Source: Candidatus Latescibacterota bacterium
GTDB lineage: Bacteria; Latescibacterota; UBA2968
Reading direction: 5' to 3'
DNA length: 64,000 bases
Assembly (NCBI GenBank): GCA_965204745.1
Contig: OZ242010.1
Span: forward strand, 4,832,001-4,896,000
The notes beneath the pieces were generated by a model. The model was not told the DNA's origin, did not search any database, and saw nothing but the letters and a program-made list of their open reading frames with translations. The translations under genes were made by a program, and so were the position numbers. Within the stretch, counting starts at the first letter, position 1, and every line of letters starts with the position of its first letter. Shown here piece after piece: positions 26,170 through 34,723 of the stretch.

Positions 26170-27204
26170 ATGTCCTCTTTCAAAACACCACGAGACATCA
26201 AAGTGGGCGTGATCGGCTATGGCGGCGCGTTCAACATGGGCCGCCAGCACCTCGCGTTCATGAAACAGGCAGGCATGACGCCCGTCGCGGTTGCAGAACT
26301 CGACGAGACGCGCTTGAAAGTCGCAAGCCGAGAATTTCCCGGCATCGAGACGTACACCTCTGTGTCTGCGATGCTCGATCAGTCCGATGTGAACCTCGTC
26401 GTCGTCATCACCCCGCACAACACGCACGCCGAGTTGGCCTTGCAATGCCTGCGTGCGGGCCGGCATGTGATCAGCGAAAAGCCCCTGGCCATCACCACGG
26501 CGGAATGCGACGCGATGATCCGCGAGGCCAATGCGCGCGACCTCCTGCTTTCCACCTATCACAACCGGCACTGGGATGGCTGTATTCTCGAGGCCCTCGA
26601 CCAAATTCACACGCGCAAGGTCATCGGCGAGGTCTATCGCATCGAGGCCCACATGGGCGGGTACAATCGCCCGGGGGATTGGTGGCGCAGCAGCAAGAGC
26701 ATTTCCGGGGGGATTCTCTACGATTGGGGCGTTCACCTGCTCGAATACGCGCTCCAGATATTAGACGCGGAGATCGTGGAGGTCATGGGCTTCTCGCACA
26801 CGGGCTTTTGGGCGGATCAAACCCGGTGGCAGGCCGATACCAACGAGGACGAAGCCACGGCTATCGCGCGCTTCAAAAACGGCACCTGGATCAACCTCAC
26901 CATGTCGAGCATCGCATCCGCCCCCCGCAAGGGCTGGCTCGAAGTCATCGGCACCGAGGGCACCTATACCTTCGATGGCGGCACCTATCAAATCGCGCAA
27001 AAGAAGGGCGAGCAAACCGAGGTCACCTCGGGCAAAAATCCCAGCAACCAATACGAGCGGTATTACGACAACATCGCCGCCCACCTCGCGACGGGCGAGG
27101 CCCTGATCATCACCCCAGAATGGTCGCGCCGCCCCATTCACATCCTCGACCTCGCCTGCCAAAGCGCGGCCCGCGGGCAGACGCTCAGGGCGAAATACGC
27201 ATAA
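26170..27204 (+). CDS. Gfo/Idh/MocA family oxidoreductase
   Basis: GVIGYGGAFNMG, ITPHNTH, VISEKP, HNRHWDG, SGGILYDWGVH. Confidence 0.93.
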   Translation: MSSFKTPRDIKVGVIGYGGAFNMGRQHLAFMKQAGMTPVAVAELDETRLKVASREFPGIETYTSVSAMLDQSDVNLVVVITPHNTHAELALQCLRAGRHVISEKPLAITTAECDAMIREANARDLLLSTYHNRHWDGCILEALDQIHTRKVIGEVYRIEAHMGGYNRPGDWWRSSKSISGGILYDWGVHLLEYALQILDAEIVEVMGFSHTGFWADQTRWQADTNEDEATAIARFKNGTWINLTMSSIASAPRKGWLEVIGTEGTYTFDGGTYQIAQKKGEQTEVTSGKNPSNQYERYYDNIAAHLATGEALIITPEWSRRPIHILDLACQSAARGQTLRAKYA

Positions 27205-27355
27205 TGCGTGTGTCGCGCTCAATTCCTATCAACGAAACAGAAATGCAACGTTGCGTTCACCAGTGAACCCCGTACATTTTTTTTGACAATCGTCTCCGCC
27301 TTTGTATTTTTTGTTAATCTTTTTGCATTTATTTTCTTTGAAGGAGGGGTGAACC

Positions 27356-27963
27356 ATGTCGAATATCATCATATCAGCACTTGTGTGTGGAGCGTTGTTC
27401 GCGTGGATTGTGTTTTGTGCATTCTCCATTGCTCAAAGGCTTTACAAGGCGTGTTCGCTTTTATACGTCAGTACCACCAGGGCCGCCAATGATAACGACA
27501 AGGCGGTTCAGCACTTTATCGACCTGTTGAACGAAGCAAAAAAGAAAATGACCATCTACGATGATGGCAATGACATGGACGGATCCGCGTACAAGGATAC
27601 CAGAGTCATCGATGCTGTACGTAGAAAGTTGGATCAGAACCCGATTTTGAGATGCAGTGCTTCTTTAACTATGACCACGACTTGCCTTTCAGAAAAGCGT
27701 TTGGCAACCATCCCCGGGTAGATATTCGGACAGGCGGTGGTTTGGGAGGACGAGACGTTCACTACAAGATCATCGATGACGGCAAGAAAGCCTATCTGTC
27801 GCGGCATGACTTAGGTGATAGCAACCGCAGTTTCAAGCAGATCGATTGCACCGAGGTTCCAGAACGTCATTTGAAATATGTGACGGATGCTGTCCTCGGC
27901 GAATACAAAGAAGATATTGAACGCAAGTTCAGTTCATCTAACACTGCTAATTTGAACCAGTAG
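27356..27963 (+). pseudogene. N-terminally membrane-anchored protein with possible PLD-superfamily-like domain; apparent frameshift at about 27643
   Basis: TM helix, then FIDLLNEAKKKMTIYD; one extra G (aac ccg gat ttt gag atg) joins it to MQCFFN...DVHYKIIDDGKKAYLS. The HxK motif is present but the D spacing is non-canonical. GGAGG SD. Confidence 0.55.
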
Positions 27964-27966
27964 TAG

Positions 27967-28308
27967 GTGCCAATGCCCGAATTTCCACCGATGCAACTCT
28001 ACATCACTTTGGCTATCGCCGTTTCCATAGCGGCGATAGCTTCCGCGTTTATTCGCCAACCGATTGCGGGTTCCATTTCTAAAAAGAGAATGTTATTTTC
28101 TTTAACGGGACTGTATATATTTTTTTGGGCGGCTTGGCTTCATCTGTGTTTCTACTTGTCTTGGCAAATCGTCTCTCAATTTCCAATATTCGATATTGCC
28201 AATGCCAACCGCGCTTTTCACCTGTTCGTACTGGGAGGCATCGGTACCATGAGCTCTATTCTTCTTGAGAAAATACTAGAGATAAGGATCGATGTTTCTG
28301 CACCTTAG
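27967..28308 (+). CDS. Small 3-TM membrane protein, hypothetical
   Basis: Three hydrophobic segments; starts 3 nt after the preceding stop; low GC. Confidence 0.7.
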   Translation: MPMPEFPPMQLYITLAIAVSIAAIASAFIRQPIAGSISKKRMLFSLTGLYIFFWAAWLHLCFYLSWQIVSQFPIFDIANANRAFHLFVLGGIGTMSSILLEKILEIRIDVSAP

Positions 28309-28346
28309 CCACTTACGCTCCAGATTATTTCGTACTGACAAAAAAA

Positions 28347-28372
28347 CGGCCCGTGTCTCTCGACATAGGCCG
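28347..28372. terminator. Hairpin between the 3-TM gene and the ATPase gene
   Basis: CGGCC-CGTGTC...GACAT-AGGCCG stem, A-run upstream and ATTT downstream. Confidence 0.45.
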
Positions 28373-28420
28373 ATTTAATATATTGTATTTTGGGTTTGTA
28401 CAAAAGCAGGAGAAATTGAA

Positions 28421-29692
28421 ATGATTCGGCTTGTTGAAGCATTGAATTACCGTTGCTTGGCTTATATCAGCCAACCCCTATACCCGTTTCATGTCCTCGT
28501 TGGACCGAACGCATCTGGCAAAAGTACATTTCTCGACGTGCTCGGGTTGATTCGAGATTTTTTGACCATGGGATTGGACAGTGCGATTCTGACACGAGAA
28601 GGACACAGCGGGCGCGCAAGCCGAGTGGAAGAACTTTTTTTTAATCAACAAGGCGACCGATTTGAAATTGCTGTTGAACTCTCCGTGCCAAATTCAATAA
28701 AAAATAAAACGCGAAATGGTCAACACCGCGTCGCACGATATGAAATCGCCTTGGGAAAGGCAGAGAGAAGCGATGAATTGGCGATCATTGAAGAGTCTCT
28801 TTGGCTTTGTCCGAAACCGCAAACTCGGCGGGCGAGGTATTCCCCTACTCTGTTTCCCGTTGAACCAGCGCGACCAAATAGTATCATGACCAAACGCGCA
28901 GATAAGGGATGGAAAAAAATCATCGCCAAAACGAAAAAGGGCAACGACCATTTTTATTCCGAAAGGGGCAATTGGACGAGTTCTTTCCGAATTGGCCCAA
29001 GGCGTGCGGCACTGTCCAACCTTCCCGAAGATCACGAACGGTTTCCCATTGCTCTGTGGACGCGAAATTTGTTGATGGAAGGGATTCGCGCTTTAGCCCT
29101 CAACACTGCTGCAATGCGCCGTCCATCAAGCCCATCAACTTCGCGTTCATTCCGCGTGGATGGTTCAAATTTACCCCTGGTTTTGCGCGACTTTCGCAGG
29201 GATCATCCAACCGAGTTTTGCGATTGGCTCGAACACATTCGCACTGTTTTGCCCGATATTGAGACCGTCGATGTTGTCGAAAGAGCAGAAGACCGCAATC
29301 TCTATCTCGCACTGCGTTCTGCTCGCCTTAAAAACCCAGTCCCATCGTGGCTATTGTCCGATGGCACCTTGCGCTTGTTGGCTTTAACCCTGTTGGCTTA
29401 TCTGCCGCACAACCGGGAAATATACGCGATTGAGGAGGCTGAAAACGGCGTCCATCCACGCGCCATAGAAGGGGTTTTTGAGTCGCTCTCGTCGGTTTAC
29501 GATGGGCAAATTCTCATTGCAACGCATTCGCCCCTCATCGTTGGTTTAGCCAAGCCCGAACAAATTCTCTGCTTTGAAAAAAATCCTTCGGGTGCGACCT
29601 CAATTGTGCTTGGCAACGAACATCCAAAGCTCAGAGATTGGCGAGGAACTATCGACATCGGGACGCTCTACGCGGCGGGAGTTTTGGGATGA
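28421..29692 (+). CDS. ABC-type AAA ATPase resembling methylation-associated defense system MAD3
   Basis: MIRLVEALNYRCL, Walker A GPNASGKST, DGSNLP, signature LSDGTLRLLAL, Walker B IEEAENGVHP, ATHSP, GTLYAAGVLG end. Confidence 0.8.
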   Translation: MIRLVEALNYRCLAYISQPLYPFHVLVGPNASGKSTFLDVLGLIRDFLTMGLDSAILTREGHSGRASRVEELFFNQQGDRFEIAVELSVPNSIKNKTRNGQHRVARYEIALGKAERSDELAIIEESLWLCPKPQTRRARYSPTLFPVEPARPNSIMTKRADKGWKKIIAKTKKGNDHFYSERGNWTSSFRIGPRRAALSNLPEDHERFPIALWTRNLLMEGIRALALNTAAMRRPSSPSTSRSFRVDGSNLPLVLRDFRRDHPTEFCDWLEHIRTVLPDIETVDVVERAEDRNLYLALRSARLKNPVPSWLLSDGTLRLLALTLLAYLPHNREIYAIEEAENGVHPRAIEGVFESLSSVYDGQILIATHSPLIVGLAKPEQILCFEKNPSGATSIVLGNEHPKLRDWRGTIDIGTLYAAGVLG

Positions 29693-30303
29693 AACAAAAA
29701 CCGAAACCGTTGATTGTATTGACAGCGGACACGCAACAAAAACAAACCGTTGCGACCCTGTTAAGTCATCGGTGGCAATCTCTTGGAATTCGCCAGATAC
29801 AACCGGAAATTTTTTTGCACCCGCGCCGTGATCCCGGGGTTTATCACGAGGCGGGGAATTTCCTCGCGCCATTTGCCAAACAGTATCGATATGCACTTGT
29901 GCTGATCGATGCCGAATGGGACGGTAGCCCGGATGCCGCAAACATCCAAAAAAAGATCCAATCTGATTTGGATGAAAATGGCTGGAAAGGACGCAGTGCA
30001 GTCATTGTGATCGATCCCGAACTCGAAATTTGGGTGTGGAGTCGCTCGCCTCATGTTCCAGAATTGCTGAACGCGACTTGGCAAACAATCCTAACAATGG
30101 GGCGACAAAAAGCGTACTGGACAGCGAATGAGCGCAAGCCGACCCGTCCCAAGGAGTTGTTGGAGGCCGTATTGCGCCACACCAAGAAAAAGCGTTCGTC
30201 TTCGCTGTTTGTCCGCCTCGCCCAAAAGGTCGGTTTGGATGCCTGCGAAGACGAATCGTTTAACCGTTTCCGCCATGTGCTCTGTGAGTGGTTCGCCGAT
30301 TAG
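29689..30303 (+). CDS. MAD4-like / DUF4276-like partner protein (putative TOPRIM-type nuclease)
   Basis: LIVLTAD, SLGIR...FLHPRRDPGVY, ALVLID, VIDPELEIWVWSRSPHV, KPTRPKE; ATGA overlap with the ATPase gene. Confidence 0.75.
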   Translation: MKQKPKPLIVLTADTQQKQTVATLLSHRWQSLGIRQIQPEIFLHPRRDPGVYHEAGNFLAPFAKQYRYALVLIDAEWDGSPDAANIQKKIQSDLDENGWKGRSAVIVIDPELEIWVWSRSPHVPELLNATWQTILTMGRQKAYWTANERKPTRPKELLEAVLRHTKKKRSSSLFVRLAQKVGLDACEDESFNRFRHVLCEWFAD

Positions 30304-30323
30304 ACAAGACGGAAATCACAGCC

Positions 30324-33300
30324 CTACTTTTGCGTGCTCGAGTCATGACTTGAGCGCGTTTTTTCGATGTGGAAGGTCGCCGAGTGTCCGTCGAGATCAA
30401 TCGCATCGCCCACCACATCGTCTGCGCGATCTAGCGCGGTGCAGAGCGTTTCGCCCATGATATAATCCCGGAACTGCTCGAGCGCGGGGGCCAATGCGTC
30501 TGCTGCGCGATACGTCACGCGGATGCGATCCGCAACATCCAATCCCCTCGCTTTGCGGAGGTTTTGAATGACGTGGACGACCTCGCGCGCGCGGCCTTCG
30601 CGCACCAAATTTTCATCCCGGTTCAAATCCAATGCCACCGTGATATCGCCCTCATTCGCCACGGCCATGCCCGGTTTCTCCTCGCGCTGGATGAGAATGT
30701 GATCCGCCGTGAGCGCGAAGGGCGCCGCGCCATCCAATTCCATGGTGATCGCATTGCCCGCGCGCAAAAACTGGATTTCCTCAAAGCCGAGGCCGGCGAT
30801 TTTCTGGGCGGCCACTTTCATGTGTTTGCCCAAGCGCGGCCCCAACGCCCTGAAGTTGGCCTTTGCCGACAGGGTGACCACGTCCTCCTCATTGGCGCGA
30901 ATCTCCACGCGCTTCACATTCAACTCATCCGCGACGATGTCTCGCAGTGCCATGAGGTCTGCGCGCACGTCGTCGTGCAACGACATGAGAATGGCTTGGC
31001 GCAACGGGTGGCGGGTCTTGGCATGGGCTTGGCTTCGCAAGTACCTGCCCAAGCCGACGGCGGTTCGGGTGCGCGCCATCTGCCGTTCGAGTTTCTCGTC
31101 GAGATCCGCTTCGATCACCGCGGGATAATCGCACAGGTGAACGGATGTGGGCATCTCGTCCGAGCGCAAATTCCGATAGATGGTCTCCGTGACAAAGGGC
31201 GCGAACGGGGCGAGTGCTTTGACCAGCGTCAACAACACATGGTAGAGGGTCGCATAAGCCGCGCGCTTATCCCCATCGCGCTCGGTCTTCCAAAATCGCC
31301 GCCGGCTACGCCGGATATACCAGTTGGTCATATCGTCGATAAAGGTCGCAAATCGCACGGCCGCGGTCTGCAAGTGACAGCGGTCCAAGCCCTGCCGAAT
31401 ATCGCGCACCAGATGGTTTAAGCGGGCGCGAATCCAGCGGTCGAGCGGATGAGCTGAGCGTTCAAAAGTGGGCTGCCAGTTGTCGATGCGCGCGTACGTG
31501 ACGAGAAAGCTGTACGCGTTCCACAAGGGCAGGATCACGCTCCGCATCGTCTTTTGCACGCCTTTTTCCGAAAAGACGAGGTCTTCGCCGCGCACCACAG
31601 GGGAAGACAGCATGTTGAGGCGCAGGGCGTCCGCGCCATAAGTGTTCATCACTTGCATGGGATCCGCGTAATTTTTCAACCGCTTGGACATTTTGCGCCC
31701 ATCGTCGGTCAAAATCATGCCATTGACCACGACGTTCTTGAACGCGGGCCGGTCGAACAGAGCCGCGCCGAGCACCACGAGGGTGTAGAACCAACCGCGC
31801 GTTTGATCCAAGCCCTCGGCGATGAAATCCGCGGGGAAATGCGCGTCCAGCCAGTCCTCGTTTTCAAACGGGTAATGGCGTTGGGCATAAGGCATCGCGC
31901 CGCTTTCAAACCAGCAGTCGAGCACTTCGGGCACGCGGGTCAGCGGCCCGGTCTCGCCTTCGATGATCACGGGATCCATAAAGTGTTTGTGGATGTCGTC
32001 AAACTCGCCCCCGGTGCGTTCTTCCAATTCGCCGATTGAGCCGATGCACAGGGTCTCGCCCGTGTCCTCGTTTCGCCACAGGGGAAGCGGACACCCCCAA
32101 TACCGGTTGCGGGAAATCGCCCAATCCCGTGCGCCGGTGAGCCAGTTGCCAAATCGCCCGTCTTTGATGTGTTCCGGTACCCAGTGGATTTGCGCGTTTG
32201 CGCGGAGCATGTCGTCCTTGATCTTTTCGATATCGACAAACCAAGTGGAGATGGCCCTGTAAATGAGGGGCGACTCACACCGCCAGCAGTGGGGATAACT
32301 GTGCTGATGCGTGGTCTGGTGAACGAGTTTGCCCTCGGCTTTCAAGCGTCTCATGAGGTCCGCGTCGCAATCCTTGACAAAGCGGGTTTCGTAGTCGCCC
32401 ACTTCGGACGTGAACCTGCACTCTGCGTCAACGGGGCATACCGATGGAATGCCGTGCGCCCGCCCGGCCTCGGCGTCGTCTTCGCCAAACCCAGGCGCGG
32501 TGTGGACGATGCCCGTGCCGTCCTCGGTGGTGACAAAGTCCGCAGTGATGATGCGAAACGCGCCCTGGTCGCGCAGCGTTTCAAAATAGGGAAACAGGGG
32601 TTCGTACGGCATGCCCAGCAGGTCCTTGCCCTTGACCGTCTTGACGATGGCCGGCTTTTCGTTGGGGTAATACGTCTCCACCCGCGCTTCGGCGAGCACG
32701 TAGGTGACGCCCCCATCTCGGACATAGACGTACGCCACATCTGCATGCACGGTCAGGGCCAGGTTGGATGGCAGGGTCCACGGCGTCGTGGTCCACGCCA
32801 GCGCGTACGTCTCTGGTTCGCCTGTGAGTTTGAACGCCACGGTAATGGCCGGATCCAGCACTTCTTCGTACCCCAAATTGGCTTCAAAATTCGACAGGGG
32901 CGTGGCGTCTTTGGGGCAATAGGGCAAACTTTTGTGCCCTTCGTAGATCAAGCCCTTGTCCCAAAGCCGCTTGAACACCCACCAGATCGATTCCATGTAG
33001 TCGCGGTCCATCGTGCGATAGCCGTTTTCAAAATCGACCCAGCGCCCGATGCGCTTGACGAATTGCCGCCACTCGGACGTGTATCGCAACACAATCCCCC
33101 GGCACGCCTCGTTGTACGCGGCAACGCCGTAGTCCTCGATCTCGCGCTTGCTGTTCAAGCCCAATTCCTGGCTGAGTTCGTATTCCACGGGCAAGCCGTG
33201 GCAGTCCCACCCAAAGGCGCGGTCCACGTATTTGCCGTTCATGGTTTGGTAGCGCGGGATCACGTCTTTGATCGTGCCGGCCAGCAAGTGCCCGTAGTGC

Positions 33301-33461
33301 GGCAGGCCCGTTGCAAAGGGCGGCCCATCGTAAAACACGTATTCCTCGTTGCCCTTTCGATTTTCGAGCGATTGTTCAAAGGCGTGGATTTCATCCCAAA
33401 AAGCGAGGACTTTTTCTTCCTCTTTGGGAAAATTCACCTGTGTAGCCACTTTTTCAAACAT
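30324..33461 (-). CDS. ileS: Isoleucine--tRNA ligase, type 2 (IleRS2)
   Basis: FYDGPPFATGLPHYGH, GWDCHGLPVE, WTTTPWTLPSN, GTGIVHTAP, DWAISRNRYWG, KMSKR, long C-terminal domain typical of IleRS2. Confidence 0.97.
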   Translation of the reverse strand: MFEKVATQVNFPKEEEKVLAFWDEIHAFEQSLENRKGNEEYVFYDGPPFATGLPHYGHLLAGTIKDVIPRYQTMNGKYVDRAFGWDCHGLPVEYELSQELGLNSKREIEDYGVAAYNEACRGIVLRYTSEWRQFVKRIGRWVDFENGYRTMDRDYMESIWWVFKRLWDKGLIYEGHKSLPYCPKDATPLSNFEANLGYEEVLDPAITVAFKLTGEPETYALAWTTTPWTLPSNLALTVHADVAYVYVRDGGVTYVLAEARVETYYPNEKPAIVKTVKGKDLLGMPYEPLFPYFETLRDQGAFRIITADFVTTEDGTGIVHTAPGFGEDDAEAGRAHGIPSVCPVDAECRFTSEVGDYETRFVKDCDADLMRRLKAEGKLVHQTTHQHSYPHCWRCESPLIYRAISTWFVDIEKIKDDMLRANAQIHWVPEHIKDGRFGNWLTGARDWAISRNRYWGCPLPLWRNEDTGETLCIGSIGELEERTGGEFDDIHKHFMDPVIIEGETGPLTRVPEVLDCWFESGAMPYAQRHYPFENEDWLDAHFPADFIAEGLDQTRGWFYTLVVLGAALFDRPAFKNVVVNGMILTDDGRKMSKRLKNYADPMQVMNTYGADALRLNMLSSPVVRGEDLVFSEKGVQKTMRSVILPLWNAYSFLVTYARIDNWQPTFERSAHPLDRWIRARLNHLVRDIRQGLDRCHLQTAAVRFATFIDDMTNWYIRRSRRRFWKTERDGDKRAAYATLYHVLLTLVKALAPFAPFVTETIYRNLRSDEMPTSVHLCDYPAVIEADLDEKLERQMARTRTAVGLGRYLRSQAHAKTRHPLRQAILMSLHDDVRADLMALRDIVADELNVKRVEIRANEEDVVTLSAKANFRALGPRLGKHMKVAAQKIAGLGFEEIQFLRAGNAITMELDGAAPFALTADHILIQREEKPGMAVANEGDITVALDLNRDENLVREGRAREVVHVIQNLRKARGLDVADRIRVTYRAADALAPALEQFRDYIMGETLCTALDRADDVVGDAIDLDGHSATFHIEKTRSSHDSSTQK

Positions 33462-33473
33462 GGAGAACTCCAA

Positions 33474-33665
33474 TCAAGTGAGAGGTAAGACGGGAGACGG
33501 GAGACGGGAGAGGTGAGGCAACCCCGCCACCGCCCAAGTGGTCAGTTTCCATCCTGCCCAACCCCCTTCAGTGAGAGGTAAGACGGGAGACGGGAGGCAA
33601 CCCTGCCACCGCCCAAGTCCCCATTGCCCAGCATCCAGCGGTCGTAGGGATGTGCCTGTCCTCGC
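33474..33665 (-). repeat. Composite intergenic repeat, copy C (two nested units) upstream of ileS
   Basis: Reverse complement contains AGGACAGGCACATCCCTAC, CTTGGGCGGTGGC(A/G)GGGTTGCCTC twice, CGTCTCC heptamers and GAAGGGGGTTGGGCAGG...ACTGACCAC. Confidence 0.8.
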
Positions 33666-33696
33666 ATTCAGCGGTAGGGATGGCTTCACCCAGAAT

Positions 33697-33728
33697 AAAA
33701 AAAACCGCCACGACAAACGCCGGGCGGT
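33697..33728 (-). terminator. Intrinsic terminator-like hairpin upstream of ileS
   Basis: Minus strand ACCGCC-CGGCGTTTGTCGT-GGCGGT followed by a T8 run. Confidence 0.65.
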
Positions 33729-33939
33729 GTGTCATACAACAGTACATCGTTCAAGACAAACAACACCCCATGTGCGTTTTCACAGCGGATATACGTATGC
33801 TCCCAATAGCACTGCCCGGTGTCAGATAACCTGTCACCCGGGCAGGACCCTTTCTCGGCAATGAAAATGTGTGGTGCGTTGCGGTCATGTTACCATTTCC
33901 AGATCAGTTGTGTAGCAGGTGCTCAGTGCGGTGTGGCTA

Positions 33940-33968
33940 AACATAGCGGTTTTTGGATTGCATGTCAA
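33940..33968 (-). promoter_or_regulatory. sigma70-type promoter TTGACA-N17-TATGTT directed toward ileS
   Basis: Minus strand reads TTGACA tgcaatccaaaaaccgc TATGTT. Confidence 0.6.
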
Positions 33969-34119
33969 GCATCCACATCAGAATCGAGTTTGAGGATGGG
34001 AAAAATTATACCAAGTTGAGGTGTGCCAGTATATATAGACCAAAAAAATCAATTTCGTATTAAAACCCGAATGGAGGGATTTTCACTTCAAGGCCCGCTA
34101 AAATCACGACCACCCGCTG

Positions 34120-34163
34120 AAAACAAAAAGCCCGAGTTCATTGCGAACCCGGGCTTTTGTTTT
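34120..34163. terminator. Bidirectional intrinsic terminator downstream of the LRR gene pair
   Basis: AAACAAAAAGCCCGAGTTC-attgc-GAACCCGGGCTTTTGTTTT. Confidence 0.8.
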
Positions 34164-34183
34164 GCGAACATCGTTTTTACGCA

Positions 34184-34723
34184 TCAACCGCCAGTGCCGA
34201 AATGGCTGGCGAAGATCAGGAAATCGGAAAATCCAATCTCGCCATCGCTGTCGAGATCGTACCGCGCATCGTACCGCGCATCGCCTCGGCGCGTCCCAAA
34301 CTTGCCGACAAAGGATAAGAAGTCGGCAAAATTAACCTGACCATTGCCATCGATGTCGGCGGTCGGTCGTTGCACTTCAAGGGTGAACGTCAGCGAAGCC
34401 CTATCGCCATCGCGGTCTGTTGCGGTCAGGGTGTATTCGGTCTCGGTCAGTGCCTTGCTCGGCAGGCCGGAAATCGTGCGTGTGGCCGAGTCGAATCGCA
34501 ATCCGTTCGGTAGGGCCGGAGATAGGATATAGCCCGGAGTTCCATCGCCGCCGGTGGCTTCGGGCAAGATCACGCGGATGCTGTCCCCGATGATGTAGCG
34601 TTGTGCGGCAACCCGTGTCGAATCGCTGAAGGAAGGTAGCCGATCCGTTGCGACCAAGAGCATAAACTTCAACGGGGCCGCGACGCCGTCTTCATCTGTG
34701 GCGGTCAGGGAACAGGCTTTCAT
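34184..34723 (-). CDS. He_PIG Ig domain plus dockerin-like tag; probably a detached C-terminal fragment
   Basis: Begins mid-domain (SLTATDEDG); LPEATGGDG..GYIL.PALPNGLRFD; ADIDGNGQVNFADFLSF...YDLDSDGEIGFSDFLIF; no signal peptide; ATGA overlap with the 2970-aa gene. Confidence 0.7.
   Translation of the reverse strand: MKACSLTATDEDGVAAPLKFMLLVATDRLPSFSDSTRVAAQRYIIGDSIRVILPEATGGDGTPGYILSPALPNGLRFDSATRTISGLPSKALTETEYTLTATDRDGDRASLTFTLEVQRPTADIDGNGQVNFADFLSFVGKFGTRRGDARYDARYDLDSDGEIGFSDFLIFASHFGTGG

Noticed and set aside
32169-33488. 439-aa plus-strand ORF and similar long antisense ORFs (5251-6426, 9202-10374, 20930-22060, 46080-47270, 58715-59929, 62293-63633)
   Set aside because: They are antisense shadows of well-supported genes in high-GC DNA, with no recognisable motifs.
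33474-33970. T-box riboswitch upstream of ileS
   Set aside because: No GGTGGNACCGCG-type T-box consensus was found on the minus strand.
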